Shown here piece after piece: positions 40,223 through 51,242 of a stretch of DNA of 64,000 nt. Position 1 is the first letter of the stretch, and the number at the start of each line of letters is the position of its first letter. Origin of the DNA: Thermodesulfobacteriota bacterium (GTDB lineage Bacteria; Desulfobacterota; Desulfarculia; JACQYL01); the NCBI GenBank assembly GCA_963675595.2, contig CAXXLZ010000002.1:2144001-2208000 (forward strand), written 5' to 3'. The position numbers and the translations under genes are program-made. The notes below the pieces were generated by a model. The model saw only the letters and a list, made by a program, of their open reading frames with translations. It was not told the origin of the DNA and ran no database searches.

Positions 40223-41203
40223 CTATCCCATAATCTTCTGAAGCATGGCGACCGTCCAGAGAACTAAAGATATAATGATCATAGGAAGAAAACACGCCAA
40301 CAAGGCTTTCATCATCCCGATCTTATGAACCCTCGAAAGGCCGATCACTTTGAGGACGACACTCCAGATGGCGGAAAGCGGCGCAGCCACGACGAGGGGA
40401 AGGAAGAAAAATAGGCAGACAGAATATGAATAACAGGTTACTTTGAGAGTCCCCACAAACGGAGCTCCCACGCCCCTCAAAATCCCCAAACATACGTGCA
40501 TCAAGGCACTCTCTATGAACAAGCAAGCCACAAGAAAGAAAATCAATAATGGAACGCCCACCGCCACTAATACTAGGAAAGCCACGGACGCTTCATGGGG
40601 GCTGACGTTCAGGATGGTCAGCACGCCTTCGGCTCTATCACGGTGAAAAATAAAGCCCCACATCATCTGTACGAAAGAACCTACAAATCCCAGTAGCAAA
40701 CCGTAGGAAACGGGATATCCATAAGGACCGCGTGCCGGTACCCGTGAAAAAAAATGCTCTGGCGAAAACAATGATTGCCGGATCGTCATAACAAGAGAAA
40801 GAAAGATGTTGCCGTCGGAGGGTTCTTCCCATGGAATAGACCCGCCGTGGTCTTCAACGCCTCGACCGAGCTCTTCCGCGCCTTCATCGCCGCATTCCTT
40901 TCCCGTCTCCTCTCGATCTCCGGAAATCGACGAGAAATGGTCTTCCGTGAAGGGAACTCCGGCGTTCGTTTCGGTTCCCGCTTCTCCAACCGGTGCAGGC
41001 CCCAACCCGACTTCGGGAATCTCAGGGGAGACTTCCGGCTCTTCCGGGAACGCCTCCACCGCCGGCGGTGGAGGCTCCGGTTTCACGCGCGAAAGAGCAA
41101 AAGTGACACTACATTTTGGACATCTTGCCGCACGAGCCTTCTCCGGGATACGATCTTCCTGAACTTCCTTCGAGAATCCGCAGTTCGGGCATACTATCCG
41201 CAT
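40223..41203 (-). CDS. Zinc-ribbon + YIP1 domain membrane protein
   Basis: CPNC..CPKC, acidic linker, IPWE, SPEHFF and five TM helices; CAGGAG RBS. Confidence 0.85.
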   Translation of the reverse strand: MRIVCPNCGFSKEVQEDRIPEKARAARCPKCSVTFALSRVKPEPPPPAVEAFPEEPEVSPEIPEVGLGPAPVGEAGTETNAGVPFTEDHFSSISGDREETGKECGDEGAEELGRGVEDHGGSIPWEEPSDGNIFLSLVMTIRQSLFSPEHFFSRVPARGPYGYPVSYGLLLGFVGSFVQMMWGFIFHRDRAEGVLTILNVSPHEASVAFLVLVAVGVPLLIFFLVACLFIESALMHVCLGILRGVGAPFVGTLKVTCYSYSVCLFFFLPLVVAAPLSAIWSVVLKVIGLSRVHKIGMMKALLACFLPMIIISLVLWTVAMLQKIMG

Positions 41204-41261
41204 CAGTCGCTCCTGAGCGGCTCGATCGAGCACGAGAATCGGTCGGTTGGGTCCAAGAAGT

Positions 41262-42332
41262 TCAATCGATGCGTCTGGCCCACCCGAAGGGGTCTTCTTT
41301 CAAGCCGTATTGGATGCCCATGAGTGTATCATAAAGTTTCTTGGACAGTTCACCGGTCCCCCCGTCGGCCACCACATATTCCTTGCCCTGATAGGCGAAA
41401 GAGCCCACGGGAGATATCACCGCAGCGGTGCCCGTCCCAAACACTTCTTTCAGCTTCCCGTCGGCGATGGACTGAATCACCTCGTCGATGGAGATGGGAC
41501 GCTCGGAAACCTTCATGCCCCAGCTTCGGGTCATCTCAAGAACGGAATCCCGCGTAACTCCGGGGAGAATGCTCCCGGAAAGCGGAGGCGTCACGAGTTC
41601 CCCGTCCAGGAGAAAAAAGATGTTGCTGGTTCCCACCTCCTCGACGTACTTCCGCTCCACGGCGTCCAACCAGAGAACCTGAGTATATCCCTTGCTGATG
41701 GCGTCTTCCGCCGCGTAAAGACTCGCCGCGTAGTTCCCGGACGTCTTGGCCTCTCCGGTACCGCCGCGCACCGCTCGCACAAAATCGGTGGACACGTACA
41801 TCTTGGTCGGTTTGAAGCCTTCCGGATAATAGGCGCCCACCGGTCCGATGATCACGTAGAACAGGTACTTCTTGGACGGCTTCACGCCCAGGAAGGCCTC
41901 CGTGGCGATCATGGTGGGACGGATGTAAAGGGAGCAACCGTGCTTGCCCGGAATCCAGTCGCGATCCAACAGGATCAGCGCCTTCAGGGCCTCCAAACAG
42001 TAATCCACATCCAATTCCGGCATGCACATTCGGGCGGCCGATTTGTTCATCCTTTGAAAATTCTTTTCGGGCCGAAACAGGAAAATGCCTCCCCCTTCGC
42101 CCCGATAGGCTTTCATGCCTTCGAAGACTTCCTGTCCGTAATGGAGCACCACCGCCGCGGGGTCGAGGCTCAGAGGCCCGTAAGGCGCAATGCGGGCGTT
42201 ATGCCATCCTTTGCCCTTCTCGTAGTCCATCAAGAACATATGGTCCGTGAAGAACTTGCCAAAACCGAGCACATCATCGCTTTCCGGGCGGGGCATGTGG
42301 CCCGCGGGAGCTTTTTCCACCGGGAATTCCAT
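41262..42332 (-). CDS. ilvE: Branched-chain amino acid aminotransferase
   Basis: FTDHM, LHYGQEVFEGMKA, LYIRP, AKTSGNYA, ILPGVTR, GTAAVISP. Confidence 0.96.
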   Translation of the reverse strand: MEFPVEKAPAGHMPRPESDDVLGFGKFFTDHMFLMDYEKGKGWHNARIAPYGPLSLDPAAVVLHYGQEVFEGMKAYRGEGGGIFLFRPEKNFQRMNKSAARMCMPELDVDYCLEALKALILLDRDWIPGKHGCSLYIRPTMIATEAFLGVKPSKKYLFYVIIGPVGAYYPEGFKPTKMYVSTDFVRAVRGGTGEAKTSGNYAASLYAAEDAISKGYTQVLWLDAVERKYVEEVGTSNIFFLLDGELVTPPLSGSILPGVTRDSVLEMTRSWGMKVSERPISIDEVIQSIADGKLKEVFGTGTAAVISPVGSFAYQGKEYVVADGGTGELSKKLYDTLMGIQYGLKEDPFGWARRID

Positions 42333-42514
42333 GATTCCGTTTCCTCCTTAACCGGCATGAGCCGCCGGACCCCGAACAAGCGTCGGGTTGCGTTCGCGAC
42401 CGCCCTCGCCCTTGGGCTTCAGACGGTTTGGACGGACTCAGCGGTTTTCAGCGGGGACCGCCGGGGCCTCCCCCCGGGCTCCCCAATACGCAAAATAGGG
42501 TCAATAAAGTCAAT

Positions 42515-43120
42515 TCAATGCGATATCCGATGCCTTCCCTCCAGGGAACGACGAAGAGACAGCGCATCGCTGAATTTCAGATCTCCTCCCACAGGCACGC
42601 CGAATCCGATGCGGCTGACCGCGATCTCCAGGTCTTTCAGGCGATCCATCAGATAACTCGCCGTGGCTTCGCCCTGAGCCGTCGGATTCGTGGCCACAAT
42701 GACTTCCCGGATTTCGCCCGACGCCGCTCGATCCAGCAGTTCCCGTACCCGGAGCTTATCCGGACCCACGCCGTCCACAGGGGACAACACCCCGTGAAGC
42801 ACATGGTAGACCCCGGTGTATCCCCCTGAGGCTTCAACAGCCATCAGATCTCCGGGGGTTTCGACCACGCACACGATCGATCGATCTCTCCGGGGGCTCG
42901 CGCAGATCTCGCAAGGTTGGGATTCCGTGATGTTGCAGCAGACCGAACACAACTGTATTCGGCTGTTGATCTCCGCGATACGCCGTCCCAGCTCTTCCAC
43001 TTGTTCCGCCGGCATATCGAGCATATGCATGACCAAGCGCATGGCGGACTTCTCACCGATCCCGGGCAACCGACTCATCAGCTTCACCAGATTCCGGATG
43101 GGAGCCGGATAGGGATTCAT
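42515..43120 (-). CDS. recR: Recombination protein RecR
   Basis: LPGIGEKSA, C4 zinc finger, YHVLHG, ATNPTAQGEATA. Confidence 0.96.
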   Translation of the reverse strand: MNPYPAPIRNLVKLMSRLPGIGEKSAMRLVMHMLDMPAEQVEELGRRIAEINSRIQLCSVCCNITESQPCEICASPRRDRSIVCVVETPGDLMAVEASGGYTGVYHVLHGVLSPVDGVGPDKLRVRELLDRAASGEIREVIVATNPTAQGEATASYLMDRLKDLEIAVSRIGFGVPVGGDLKFSDALSLRRSLEGRHRISH

Positions 43121-43123
43121 GGA

Positions 43124-43438
43124 TCAGGTCAGCCCCGGAATTTTCATGCCGCCGGTGATCTTGTTCATCTCCTCGCTCGCCATTTCCTGCGCTCTTTTGA
43201 GTGCCTCGTTCACCGCGGCGGTGATCAGATCCTGCAGCATTTCCACGTCGTCAGGGTCCACCACCTCCCGATCAATGCTGATCCCCACAATCTCGTTTCG
43301 CCCGTTGGCCGTGACTCGGACCATCCCGCCGCCGGAAGCGGCTTCCACCGTCTTGTTTGCCAGCTCCTCCTGTATGCGGAGCATTTCCTGCTGCATCTTC
43401 TGGGCTTGCTTCATAATATTGCCGAAGCCTTTAGCCAT
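43124..43438 (-). CDS. ybaB: YbaB/EbfC nucleoid-associated protein
   Basis: [24 protein letters not shown]; lies between dnaX and recR. Confidence 0.96.
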   Translation of the reverse strand: MAKGFGNIMKQAQKMQQEMLRIQEELANKTVEAASGGGMVRVTANGRNEIVGISIDREVVDPDDVEMLQDLITAAVNEALKRAQEMASEEMNKITGGMKIPGLT

Positions 43439-45218
43439 CGGAACCCTCCTTATGGTTCAAGGGGCGGGGGGCCTGATACCCGATCAACTCGCCTCTGAAC
43501 ACCGTCCTGATATCCTCAATGATAGGGTGCTCCAACGCCCTCTTTTGCATTTGGCCTAGTGACTCGTCAAGTGTTTCTTGCGCAATGGTCACAGGTGCGG
43601 GAGCTCCGCCTTCCTCAATTTTCACGGCGACTTTGCGACCGGCGATTTCCGACGCCAGGTCCGCAAGCTCTTCCCGCGCATCCTTCACCATGCTCGAATT
43701 GAAGGACGGTCCTCCCGGGATGCGCATAAGGAGCACGTCTTCTTCCGTCAACGTCAACTCCGCCGTCTTCAGGATGAAAGCCAGGGAAGGCTTCTGAAGG
43801 CGAAGAGCATCTAGAAATCTCGGTACTTCAAAGGGAAGCGAGACCAACGCCTCGCGCCTTTCCGAAGGTTCGGAACCGCCGACTTCCGCTTCAGCGAACG
43901 CTTCCTCACCAGGTGCTTCCTCACCGGGAGCCGAACTCTCGGGAGCGGAATCGAGGGTCACGACTCCATCGATAGGCTCGTTTTCCACCGTACCGGAACC
44001 CAAGGCTTTCTCGTACACAGTACCGGGCTCACGAACGGAAGACGACTCCGAAGCGGGCGCCGGCCCTTCCCTTCGAGAAGGAGTCGCATCGGGCGTGGAA
44101 ACGGCTTCCAAGGGCGGCAGCGCGTCCAATCCGTAGAAGTCGCCGAGGTGTGCGATCTTCAACAAACCCAGTTCCAGCACGAGTCTCGGATCCGACGCGT
44201 ACCGCAGCTCGGCATCCAAATTGAGCAACTCGTGCTGCGCCGCGTGCAGCCATTCCATACTCAATCGATCCAGGAGGCTTCGGGTGGCCTCCTCATCGTC
44301 CGTATCCCCTTCATCCACCGCGGCGCCCAATTTCCGGACCAGCAAAGCGCGCATTTCCAGAACCAGCGCAAAATAGAACCGACGCAGGTCGTATCCCCCC
44401 ATGAACACGTCTTCAAGGGTCTCGACGATCCTTGGCAAGTCCTTTCCCGCCATGGCTCCGATCAGTCCGAGCAGCAGGAGTCGGTCCACCATGCCCAGGA
44501 TTTCCTTCACCAGCTCCGCGGTCACCTTGCGATCGCCGTATGAGATGACCTGGTCCGTAAGACTCAACGAATCCCGGACGCTCCCGTCGGCCTGGCGGGC
44601 CAGAATGGCCAATGCCGCGGACTCGAACTCGATGCCTTCCTTTTCCAGAATGCGTTTCAGATGCTCCTGCAGGTCTCCGGTACCCACTCGCCGAAAAAGA
44701 AACTTCTGGCACCTCGACAGAATGGTGGGCGGCAGCTTGTGCACTTCCGTGGTGGCGAAGATGAACATCACATGAGCCGGCGGTTCTTCGAGGGTCTTCA
44801 GCAGCGCGTTGAACGCCTCCTTGGTCAGCATGTGTACTTCATCGATAATATAGATCTTGAATCGACACCCGGAAGGAAGATACCTGACGTTCTCCCTGAG
44901 CTCGCGAATTTCCTCGATGCCGCGATTGGAGGCCCCGTCGATTTCCTGCACGTCCAATGACGAACCGTCCCTGATTTCCAGACAGTGCACACATTGCCCG
45001 CACGGCTCCGCGGTAGGACCGTCCACGCAATTCACCGCCTTGGCGAGAATCCGCGCCAGGGAAGTCTTCCCTACGCCCCGCGGACCGGTAAAGAGATAGG
45101 CATGGGCCACCCGACCCTGCAGGATGGCGTTCTTCAGCGTTCGAGTAACGTGCCGCTGACCGACCACCTCGTCAAAGGTCTGGGGACGCCACGAGCGGGC
45201 CAACACAAGATAGGACAT
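43431..45218 (-). CDS. dnaX: DNA polymerase III subunit gamma/tau
   Basis: [46 protein letters not shown]. Confidence 0.97.
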   Translation of the reverse strand: MSYLVLARSWRPQTFDEVVGQRHVTRTLKNAILQGRVAHAYLFTGPRGVGKTSLARILAKAVNCVDGPTAEPCGQCVHCLEIRDGSSLDVQEIDGASNRGIEEIRELRENVRYLPSGCRFKIYIIDEVHMLTKEAFNALLKTLEEPPAHVMFIFATTEVHKLPPTILSRCQKFLFRRVGTGDLQEHLKRILEKEGIEFESAALAILARQADGSVRDSLSLTDQVISYGDRKVTAELVKEILGMVDRLLLLGLIGAMAGKDLPRIVETLEDVFMGGYDLRRFYFALVLEMRALLVRKLGAAVDEGDTDDEEATRSLLDRLSMEWLHAAQHELLNLDAELRYASDPRLVLELGLLKIAHLGDFYGLDALPPLEAVSTPDATPSRREGPAPASESSSVREPGTVYEKALGSGTVENEPIDGVVTLDSAPESSAPGEEAPGEEAFAEAEVGGSEPSERREALVSLPFEVPRFLDALRLQKPSLAFILKTAELTLTEEDVLLMRIPGGPSFNSSMVKDAREELADLASEIAGRKVAVKIEEGGAPAPVTIAQETLDESLGQMQKRALEHPIIEDIRTVFRGELIGYQAPRPLNHKEGSDG

Positions 45219-45467
45219 AATAGAAGAACCGCATTCGTTCAGGGGAAACGGGCGAGAGAGTGCGACACGCCGGCTTCATACGCCCGGAAAGCTCAATAAG
45301 GCAGGGACACGATGGAGAAACCCGGCGGAATTCTCACGGCCGTGGCCGATGCCCGACAACCCGTCGCTCGGACGGAAGAAACGATCTTACCCCGTTTGCA
45401 CGATGGAGGGAAACAGGCGGACAAATCGTCGGAAGGGAAGAGCTCCCATGGGAAGCCGTACAAAGGA

Positions 45468-45561
45468 TGGCGGAGAGAGAGGGATTCGAACCCTCGGTAC
45501 ACCTTTTGGGCGTACACACGATTTCCAATCGTGCTCCTTCAGCCAACTCGGACATCTCTCC
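45468..45561 (-). tRNA. tRNA-Ser(GGA)
   Basis: GGAGAGATGTCCGAGTTGGCTGAAGGAGCACGATTGGAAATCGTG...GGGTTCGAATCCCTCTCTCTCCGCCA; long variable arm and encoded CCA. Confidence 0.97.
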
Positions 45562-45636
45562 GCGGAAACTGTGCTTCTATAATGACCCGCTCCGGGTGTC
45601 AAGAACTATCCATTCATTCACACCGCACGGAGGCCG

Positions 45637-46053
45637 TCAAAAGGGAATATCGTCTCCCATGTCGTCCGAAGGGGCGAACGAATCTTCGGGCGGCGGAGGC
45701 TCGTCCATCCTGGAATCTCCTCCCCCCCGGGTGTCCAGCATCTTCATCTCCCGTGCGACAATCTCAGTCGTGTACCGCTTATTTCCGTCCCGATCTTCCC
45801 AATCCCGAGTCTGAAGTCTCCCTTCCAAGAAGACTTGGGAACCTTTCTTCAGATACTGACCGCAGATCTCCGCGAGCTTACCCCATGCCACCACCCGGTG
45901 CCACTCGGTTCGCTCCTGCTTGTTCCCGTCTTTGTCTCTCCACACCTCATTGGTGGCTACCGTAAAGGTCGTCACCTGTGTGCCTTGGTTGGTGTAGCGA
46001 ACTTCCGGGTCCTTTCCCAGCCGTCCAATCAATATGGCCTTGTTCACGCTCAT
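45637..46053 (-). CDS. ssb: Single-stranded DNA-binding protein
   Basis: [23 protein letters not shown]-terminal DDIPF. Confidence 0.97.
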   Translation of the reverse strand: MSVNKAILIGRLGKDPEVRYTNQGTQVTTFTVATNEVWRDKDGNKQERTEWHRVVAWGKLAEICGQYLKKGSQVFLEGRLQTRDWEDRDGNKRYTTEIVAREMKMLDTRGGGDSRMDEPPPPEDSFAPSDDMGDDIPF

Positions 46054-46198
46054 GCGAAAAGCTCCTCAATCGTAACCGTTTGGGCCCCGCCGGCCGGAGA
46101 ATGTCATGGTCCGGATTCTTTCGCCTGAACTCGTCCGAAAGAAAACCTTCTTCTTATTTACCACGACGGCCGGAACCGTACAAGACCGTTCGTCGTCC

Positions 46199-47386
46199 CT
46201 ACCGGCCCCGTATGCCCCATTTCGCCACACGCCGCCTCTCCTGCTCCAGCCGATGGATCAATCGCACCATGGGGCCTTGGCGAAACCCCACGGCGTCTCC
46301 GGGGCACACCTCCTGGCAGCAATAACACCGAATGCACCGCCGGTAGTCAAACAAAGGTCCCCGGCCTCTTTCCACCCGCACCGCTCCCGCGGGGCAAATC
46401 TCCTCACACCGGCCGCACTCCACGCAACGGTTCCCTTGGTGCACCGGCTTGGAAACCAGGTAACGCCGGGTGAGACTGTGAAAAGCATTGGGCATACGAC
46501 CCAAAGAGTCCCGCTCCGGTGCGCGGAAATCCCGTTGCACGAATCTCTCGAGTGGATCCCCCGTCGTGGGAATACGCAGCGGGTCCGCCTCACACATGCC
46601 CCGTCGTACGGCCTCGCGATATAGGGGGAAAGAACGTAAAGGAACCCCAAGCATGCGGCACACGCTCACGTCCAACGCCGGCGCATCTCGGGACGCCGCA
46701 ATGAATCCCATCTTTTTAGGCACTCCGTTGGCCGGCCCGTTCCCTTCCATGCCCCACACGCCGTCCAGAATCGTGAGCACCGGGTTCACCGCTCGGTAAA
46801 TGTCCAGGTGCAGCGACGCGAAGGCGTCCCGATCCATGCCCGTCACAAAATGCCATTCCGCCTTGCGCTTACCGGGAATCATGCCGAAAAGGTTCTTCAC
46901 CCCGAGCGTCAGGGTCATCTGCGAATGGGTCTTGAGCTTGGGCAGGTTGATCACCGCATCCGCCTCAAACAGCTCTTCCGCCAACTCGAGTCTCCGGTAG
47001 ACGGCTCCTTCGGCCGGCGGCACCCTGCGGGGACGCAAGAATTCCACCCACTCCAGGCCCAACTCCCGGCACACGGCGTCCATGCCTGAAGGACCGACGA
47101 TTTTGCGCAAAGAAGCCAAAGCGGGGCTGTCCCCGATGAAGGGCGTTCCCCCGACGTCCAACACCATGCGAGCCACGGCGCGCACCACCGTCGGGTCCGT
47201 GGTCACCCGGTCCTCGGGAACATGAGCAGACAGTAAATTGGGCTTGAGCAGAACCCGCTGTCCCGGTTTGACGAACGCCTCCATTCCGCCCAGCAAATCC
47301 ACGACGCGCCGCACCGCGCCTTCCACCAACGGAGATGCGTAATCGCTGCATCCCACCAAGGCAACGGTGTTCAAGGAAAAAGCCAT
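46199..47386 (-). CDS. DUF362 domain protein with C-terminal 2x[4Fe-4S] ferredoxin domain
   Basis: VLLKPNL, INLPKLKTH, GVKNLFG, GMEGNGP, CVECGRCEEICP, CIRCYCCQEVCP. Confidence 0.9.
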   Translation of the reverse strand: MAFSLNTVALVGCSDYASPLVEGAVRRVVDLLGGMEAFVKPGQRVLLKPNLLSAHVPEDRVTTDPTVVRAVARMVLDVGGTPFIGDSPALASLRKIVGPSGMDAVCRELGLEWVEFLRPRRVPPAEGAVYRRLELAEELFEADAVINLPKLKTHSQMTLTLGVKNLFGMIPGKRKAEWHFVTGMDRDAFASLHLDIYRAVNPVLTILDGVWGMEGNGPANGVPKKMGFIAASRDAPALDVSVCRMLGVPLRSFPLYREAVRRGMCEADPLRIPTTGDPLERFVQRDFRAPERDSLGRMPNAFHSLTRRYLVSKPVHQGNRCVECGRCEEICPAGAVRVERGRGPLFDYRRCIRCYCCQEVCPGDAVGFRQGPMVRLIHRLEQERRRVAKWGIRGR

Positions 47387-47424
47387 GGCAGTCCAAAAGG
47401 GCGGGCACCATGGCCTGCCCCCAA

Positions 47425-47574
47425 CAGGCCGTTGAAAAACGCGACCTGCGGCGTTGCGTTTCATCCCTCGTCACTGCGGCGTACTTCTATGTACGCCTCA
47501 CTCCTCGGGATTTGCGCGCCTTGCATCTCATCGTTTTTCACCAACCTGCAGCAACCGTTCTTTTCAACGGGCTG
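47425..47574. repeat. MITE/REP-like palindromic intergenic element
   Basis: Terminal IR CAGGCCGTTGAAAA / TTTTCAACGGGCTG (13/14), a second arm at 47532-47548, and an internal hairpin GGCGTAC-N6-GTACGCC. Confidence 0.7.
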
Positions 47575-47689
47575 ACAAGCAACCCGAACAGCAATTCAGG
47601 AAGCGGATTCCGGTTCGGCCGAGCAGGCATTTCGCGGGCCGTTGGATGAAACCTCCAAAGGCTCTCCCCAAAATCGTACGCCATCCGCA

Positions 47690-49021
47690 TCAAATCTTCT
47701 TCAAACACTCTTGCGCCGCAATATGAAGCACGTCCCACACGGGGGAATAAGGCGGAGCATAGCACAGGTCCATGAAAGCCAAATCGTCCACTCGCGCACC
47801 TCCGTGCAACAAGGCGGAGACGATGTCGGCACGGGATACGGCGCCCTCGTTTCCCACGACCCGGGCTCCCAGGAGCTTGCCGGTCACTTTGTCCGCCGTG
47901 AGTCGGATTTGCACGGTGCCCGCTCCGGGGTAGGCTTCGGCTTTGGAGTTGCCTTTAATCATCACGCTCACCGGATGAAAACCCGCTTTGAGCGCCTCGG
48001 CGTCCCCCAGACCCGTACATCCCACCTCCAAATCAAACACTTTGACGCACCAAGAGCCCACTACTCCGGGAAACTCGGCCGGTTCACCGCCGATGTTGGT
48101 TCCCGCTATCCTCCCGTGCTTATTGGCAACGTCTCCCAGGGGAACGAATACGGGCTGTTTGGACACCAGATGCAGGGATTCGGCACAATCCCCTACGGCG
48201 TATACGTGCTGAAAGTTGGTGCGCATGGACGCATCGGTTTTTACGGCGCCCGTGGGTCCCAGAGCAATACCGGCCTTCTTGGCGAGTTCCACGTTGGGGC
48301 CGACTCCCGTTGCGGCCAGCACCAGGTCCGCGGGAAATTCTCCCTGGTCCGTTTCGATGACGGCTCCGTCCTTGTCCTCCCTCAAACCTTTCACGTCCAC
48401 TCCGGGGACGAATTTCACGCGGTTCTTCTCCAGCTCTTCAAGAACCACGGCGGACAAATCTTCCCCCAGTTGCTTCAGGGGCAGTTTGCCCCGATACAGC
48501 ACGGTGGTCTCCAGACCTCGTTCCCGAAAGGCTTCGCACATTTCCATGGCGATGAATCCGGCGCCCAGCACCACGGCGCGTTCGGGTTTGCGCGTATCGA
48601 TGAATCCTTTGATGCGCAGGGCGTCCTGCAGGTTCTTCAGGGTCATGACCCGTTCCGAGTCCATGCCGGGCAGCTTCGGGATTTTGGAGGAAGCCCCGGT
48701 GGAATAGACGGCCACATCGAAAGGCCACTTCTTTCCCGTGGAATCCACGGCGGCACCGGCCTTCATATCCAAATCCACAATCCCGGTGTTTACGTGAACA
48801 TGCACGCCCGCCTTCTCGAATTCCTCCGGAGTTCGGGCGATGATTTTTTCCGTGCCCTGAATGCGGTCCGCGATAAAGTACGGAGTCGGACACGCGGCAT
48901 AGGACACGTGAGGCCCTTCGTCGAACATGTGCACTTCCAGCTCGCGATCGAGCCGTTTCGCTTTGGCCGCCGCACTAGGTCCCGCGGCCCCACCTCCGAT
49001 AACGATCAATTGTCTGCCCAT
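47690..49021 (-). CDS. FAD-dependent pyridine nucleotide-disulfide oxidoreductase (CoA-disulfide reductase/NADH oxidase family)
   Basis: IGGGAAG, SYAACPTPY single redox Cys, LGAGFIAME, YAVGDC, YAPPYS; GGAGG RBS. Confidence 0.92.
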   Translation of the reverse strand: MGRQLIVIGGGAAGPSAAAKAKRLDRELEVHMFDEGPHVSYAACPTPYFIADRIQGTEKIIARTPEEFEKAGVHVHVNTGIVDLDMKAGAAVDSTGKKWPFDVAVYSTGASSKIPKLPGMDSERVMTLKNLQDALRIKGFIDTRKPERAVVLGAGFIAMEMCEAFRERGLETTVLYRGKLPLKQLGEDLSAVVLEELEKNRVKFVPGVDVKGLREDKDGAVIETDQGEFPADLVLAATGVGPNVELAKKAGIALGPTGAVKTDASMRTNFQHVYAVGDCAESLHLVSKQPVFVPLGDVANKHGRIAGTNIGGEPAEFPGVVGSWCVKVFDLEVGCTGLGDAEALKAGFHPVSVMIKGNSKAEAYPGAGTVQIRLTADKVTGKLLGARVVGNEGAVSRADIVSALLHGGARVDDLAFMDLCYAPPYSPVWDVLHIAAQECLKKI

Positions 49022-50163
49022 ACCGCCCTCCAGATTTTCACCGAAACGGTGCGGATTTCGAAACATCCCGTGGAATCGGATAACCAGTTGCTCCAACACC
49101 CGGTCTCCATGTTCGCTACTCTACAGGTCTTGCCGAACAGGCGCAACCCGAAGGTGCAAGCGTTGTGAAGCGGTTTGAACAAATCGCGCAGGACCATTGC
49201 CGTCGAAACGCATGGGAAAAGCGATTCAAACAGACTTCGAGGTTCCATTGTACGGTTGTTCACCGGCTACACGCACAGGTTTGCGTTTCAGGCCAAGATA
49301 GCGGCCTCGAAATCGTGCGAAGAGGATTCCCGGAATATTAGATTGTTATTCACCGGGTCGCCGGGGGGACCCGTGTTTCCACGACCCCCTTGTGCGGGCT
49401 CTTTTGTCGATTCAGAGCATTTAAACTGCGGCGACCTCGTCGGCGGCTTCTTCTCCTGCCTACCAACCCCATGTGTGACGCACCGGCATTCCGAATGCCC
49501 GACAGCTTGGCGAAGTAGTGCTAAAAGTATACCGACCCCTTTCTATAATTTCGCTTTGTCAACACAGGAGCAACTTCACCCCATTCCTGAGGCCCATGAA
49601 GGTATATTCACTCATACAATAATTAAATAAGGTCTCATAACTTAAAAAGTACAGCATTTACCTTATGGTAAACGATAAGCAAAACAAGTACAATTATTGC
49701 AGGTTAGCAAGATGCACCATCTCATGGCCTTACAACAAAATCTTAGCTCTCTACATTGTAGCTAACTTCATTTCAATAACACGTAAATTATGGAACTTTT
49801 GACTTGTGCAATATGCGCAAATAGCCCATACTCAAATCAGTCATTAACTTCTTTTGTCGTCAAAATAACAAACTAAATGTGCCTGTATGTTTCCAATATT
49901 GCCAATTACATTCATTTCTTTTCCAGGTTTACGGGCTTTTCCCTACATAACCTCCGTATCGTTCAACAACACAGACGCAATAGGTTCATAAATACTATTC
50001 GTCTAAACAACAGAAACGACAACAACCATGATATAAGCCGCCATGTACAGCACTTCCATGCTTAACAGAAAAATAACTTCTAATCGCTTGTCTTATGTTG
50101 TCCGTTTATGCCCGGCTACATCATTTGTACACCCTTACCACCAAGGCAATATGGAGGATATCC

Positions 50164-50457
50164 ATGTCATTTTCCTTGATCGTCACATTTTTGCTTATGT
50201 TATTGGTTATCATTCCAGCCATACAAAATAGTATGGCTTTGGATTTTAAGTTCTTCATCTGGACTTTTCAACAATCTATTACAGCCATGATTTTCTATTT
50301 TTCTCTTATTGGCGGAGCCGTTGTGGCGGTTATGGCTCTCCCGAGGCTGGCGAAGAAATCCCTTCAAGTGAAAAGCATGGGCAAAGATATCCATAAATTG
50401 GAAGAAAAACTTCTGGAGTTTGAAAAGAGACCGGTTGGTCGATTCGAGATAGAATAG
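50164..50457 (+). CDS. LapA (DUF1049) family small membrane protein
   Basis: GGAGG RBS; TM helix, AIQN, FKFFIWTF, TM helix, coiled coil. Confidence 0.75.
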   Translation: MSFSLIVTFLLMLLVIIPAIQNSMALDFKFFIWTFQQSITAMIFYFSLIGGAVVAVMALPRLAKKSLQVKSMGKDIHKLEEKLLEFEKRPVGRFEIE

Positions 50458-50711
50458 CCGCGCTGTGAGATACGCAGAGGATTTTGTTGCGACTCGTTTG
50501 CAGTTCCTGATCTACCTGCCATATATCATAGCATAATATTTCACTCACCGATAACCAACGAGTCTCGATTTAGATCGAATTTAGCAGTTTTATAATGAAT
50601 GACAAGATTAACATAAGCTTTTTTCTGTAGTTGAATCAACAAGAGTTAACGGCATAGGCAGTTGTAATCTCACAGATATCCAAATTGTCGTTTTTTGTAA
50701 AGGAGTCGATC

Positions 50712-50855
50712 ATGCTTTGGACAATTTCATTGATATTGGTCATACTATGGCTACTTGGATTAGTTAGCAGTCATACAATGGGAGGGTTTATTCACATTTT
50801 ACTGGTAATCGCCATTATCGTATTGGTGGTTCAACTCATCCAGGGACGCCGATGA
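50712..50855 (+). CDS. lmo0937-family small membrane protein (47 aa)
   Basis: Below ORF cutoff. AAGGAG RBS; MLWTISLILVILWLLGLVSSHTMGGFIHILLVIAIIVLVVQLIQGRR. Confidence 0.9.
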   Translation: MLWTISLILVILWLLGLVSSHTMGGFIHILLVIAIIVLVVQLIQGRR

Positions 50856-50955
50856 TAGAAATCATATGCCCTATGTATAAACCTAGCCATTTAAGCTTAA
50901 AAACAGTATCACAGGGAACCATTTCATAAACAACTTCATAAATCGGAGTAATATA

Positions 50956-51135
50956 ATGTCACCAGGCACTAAAAACGAAGCTAAAGGTCATTTTCACCAC
51001 ATCAAGGGGAATATCAAAGAGGTTGCGGGCAAGCTTACCGACAATTCGGAATTGGAGGCCGAAGGCAAGTACGAAAAGTTATCCGGGAAAGTTCAGACAA
51101 AAATCGGCCATGTCGAGAAGGTCCTTGGGAAATAG
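50956..51135 (+). CDS. csbD: CsbD family stress protein (59 aa)
   Basis: Below ORF cutoff. GGAG RBS; MSPGTKNEAKGHFHHIKGNIKEVAGKLTDNSELEAEGKYEKLSGKVQTKIGHVEKVLGK. Confidence 0.9.
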   Translation: MSPGTKNEAKGHFHHIKGNIKEVAGKLTDNSELEAEGKYEKLSGKVQTKIGHVEKVLGK

Positions 51136-51242
51136 GCATGAGGTATTCGGCATGAATAATTCTTAGCCACAACAGCAGAGCGGAACAATAAGAGATTCGG
51201 GAATACAATGAAAACAATATATCGTTTGGTTTTTATGGTTGC

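Noticed and set aside
43431-45218. dnaX programmed frameshift and the [10 protein letters not shown] repeat
   Set aside because: No A AAA AAG or long A run was noticed; the short repeat is ordinary linker low complexity.
45219-45467. Possible SRP RNA between tRNA-Ser and dnaX, a common location
   Set aside because: No GGAAGGAAGCAGC core on either strand.
49800-50480. Crp/Fnr-like palindromes (TGTGCAATATGCGCA, TGTGAGATACGCAGA)
   Set aside because: Imperfect and inconsistently spaced; cannot be supported by eye.
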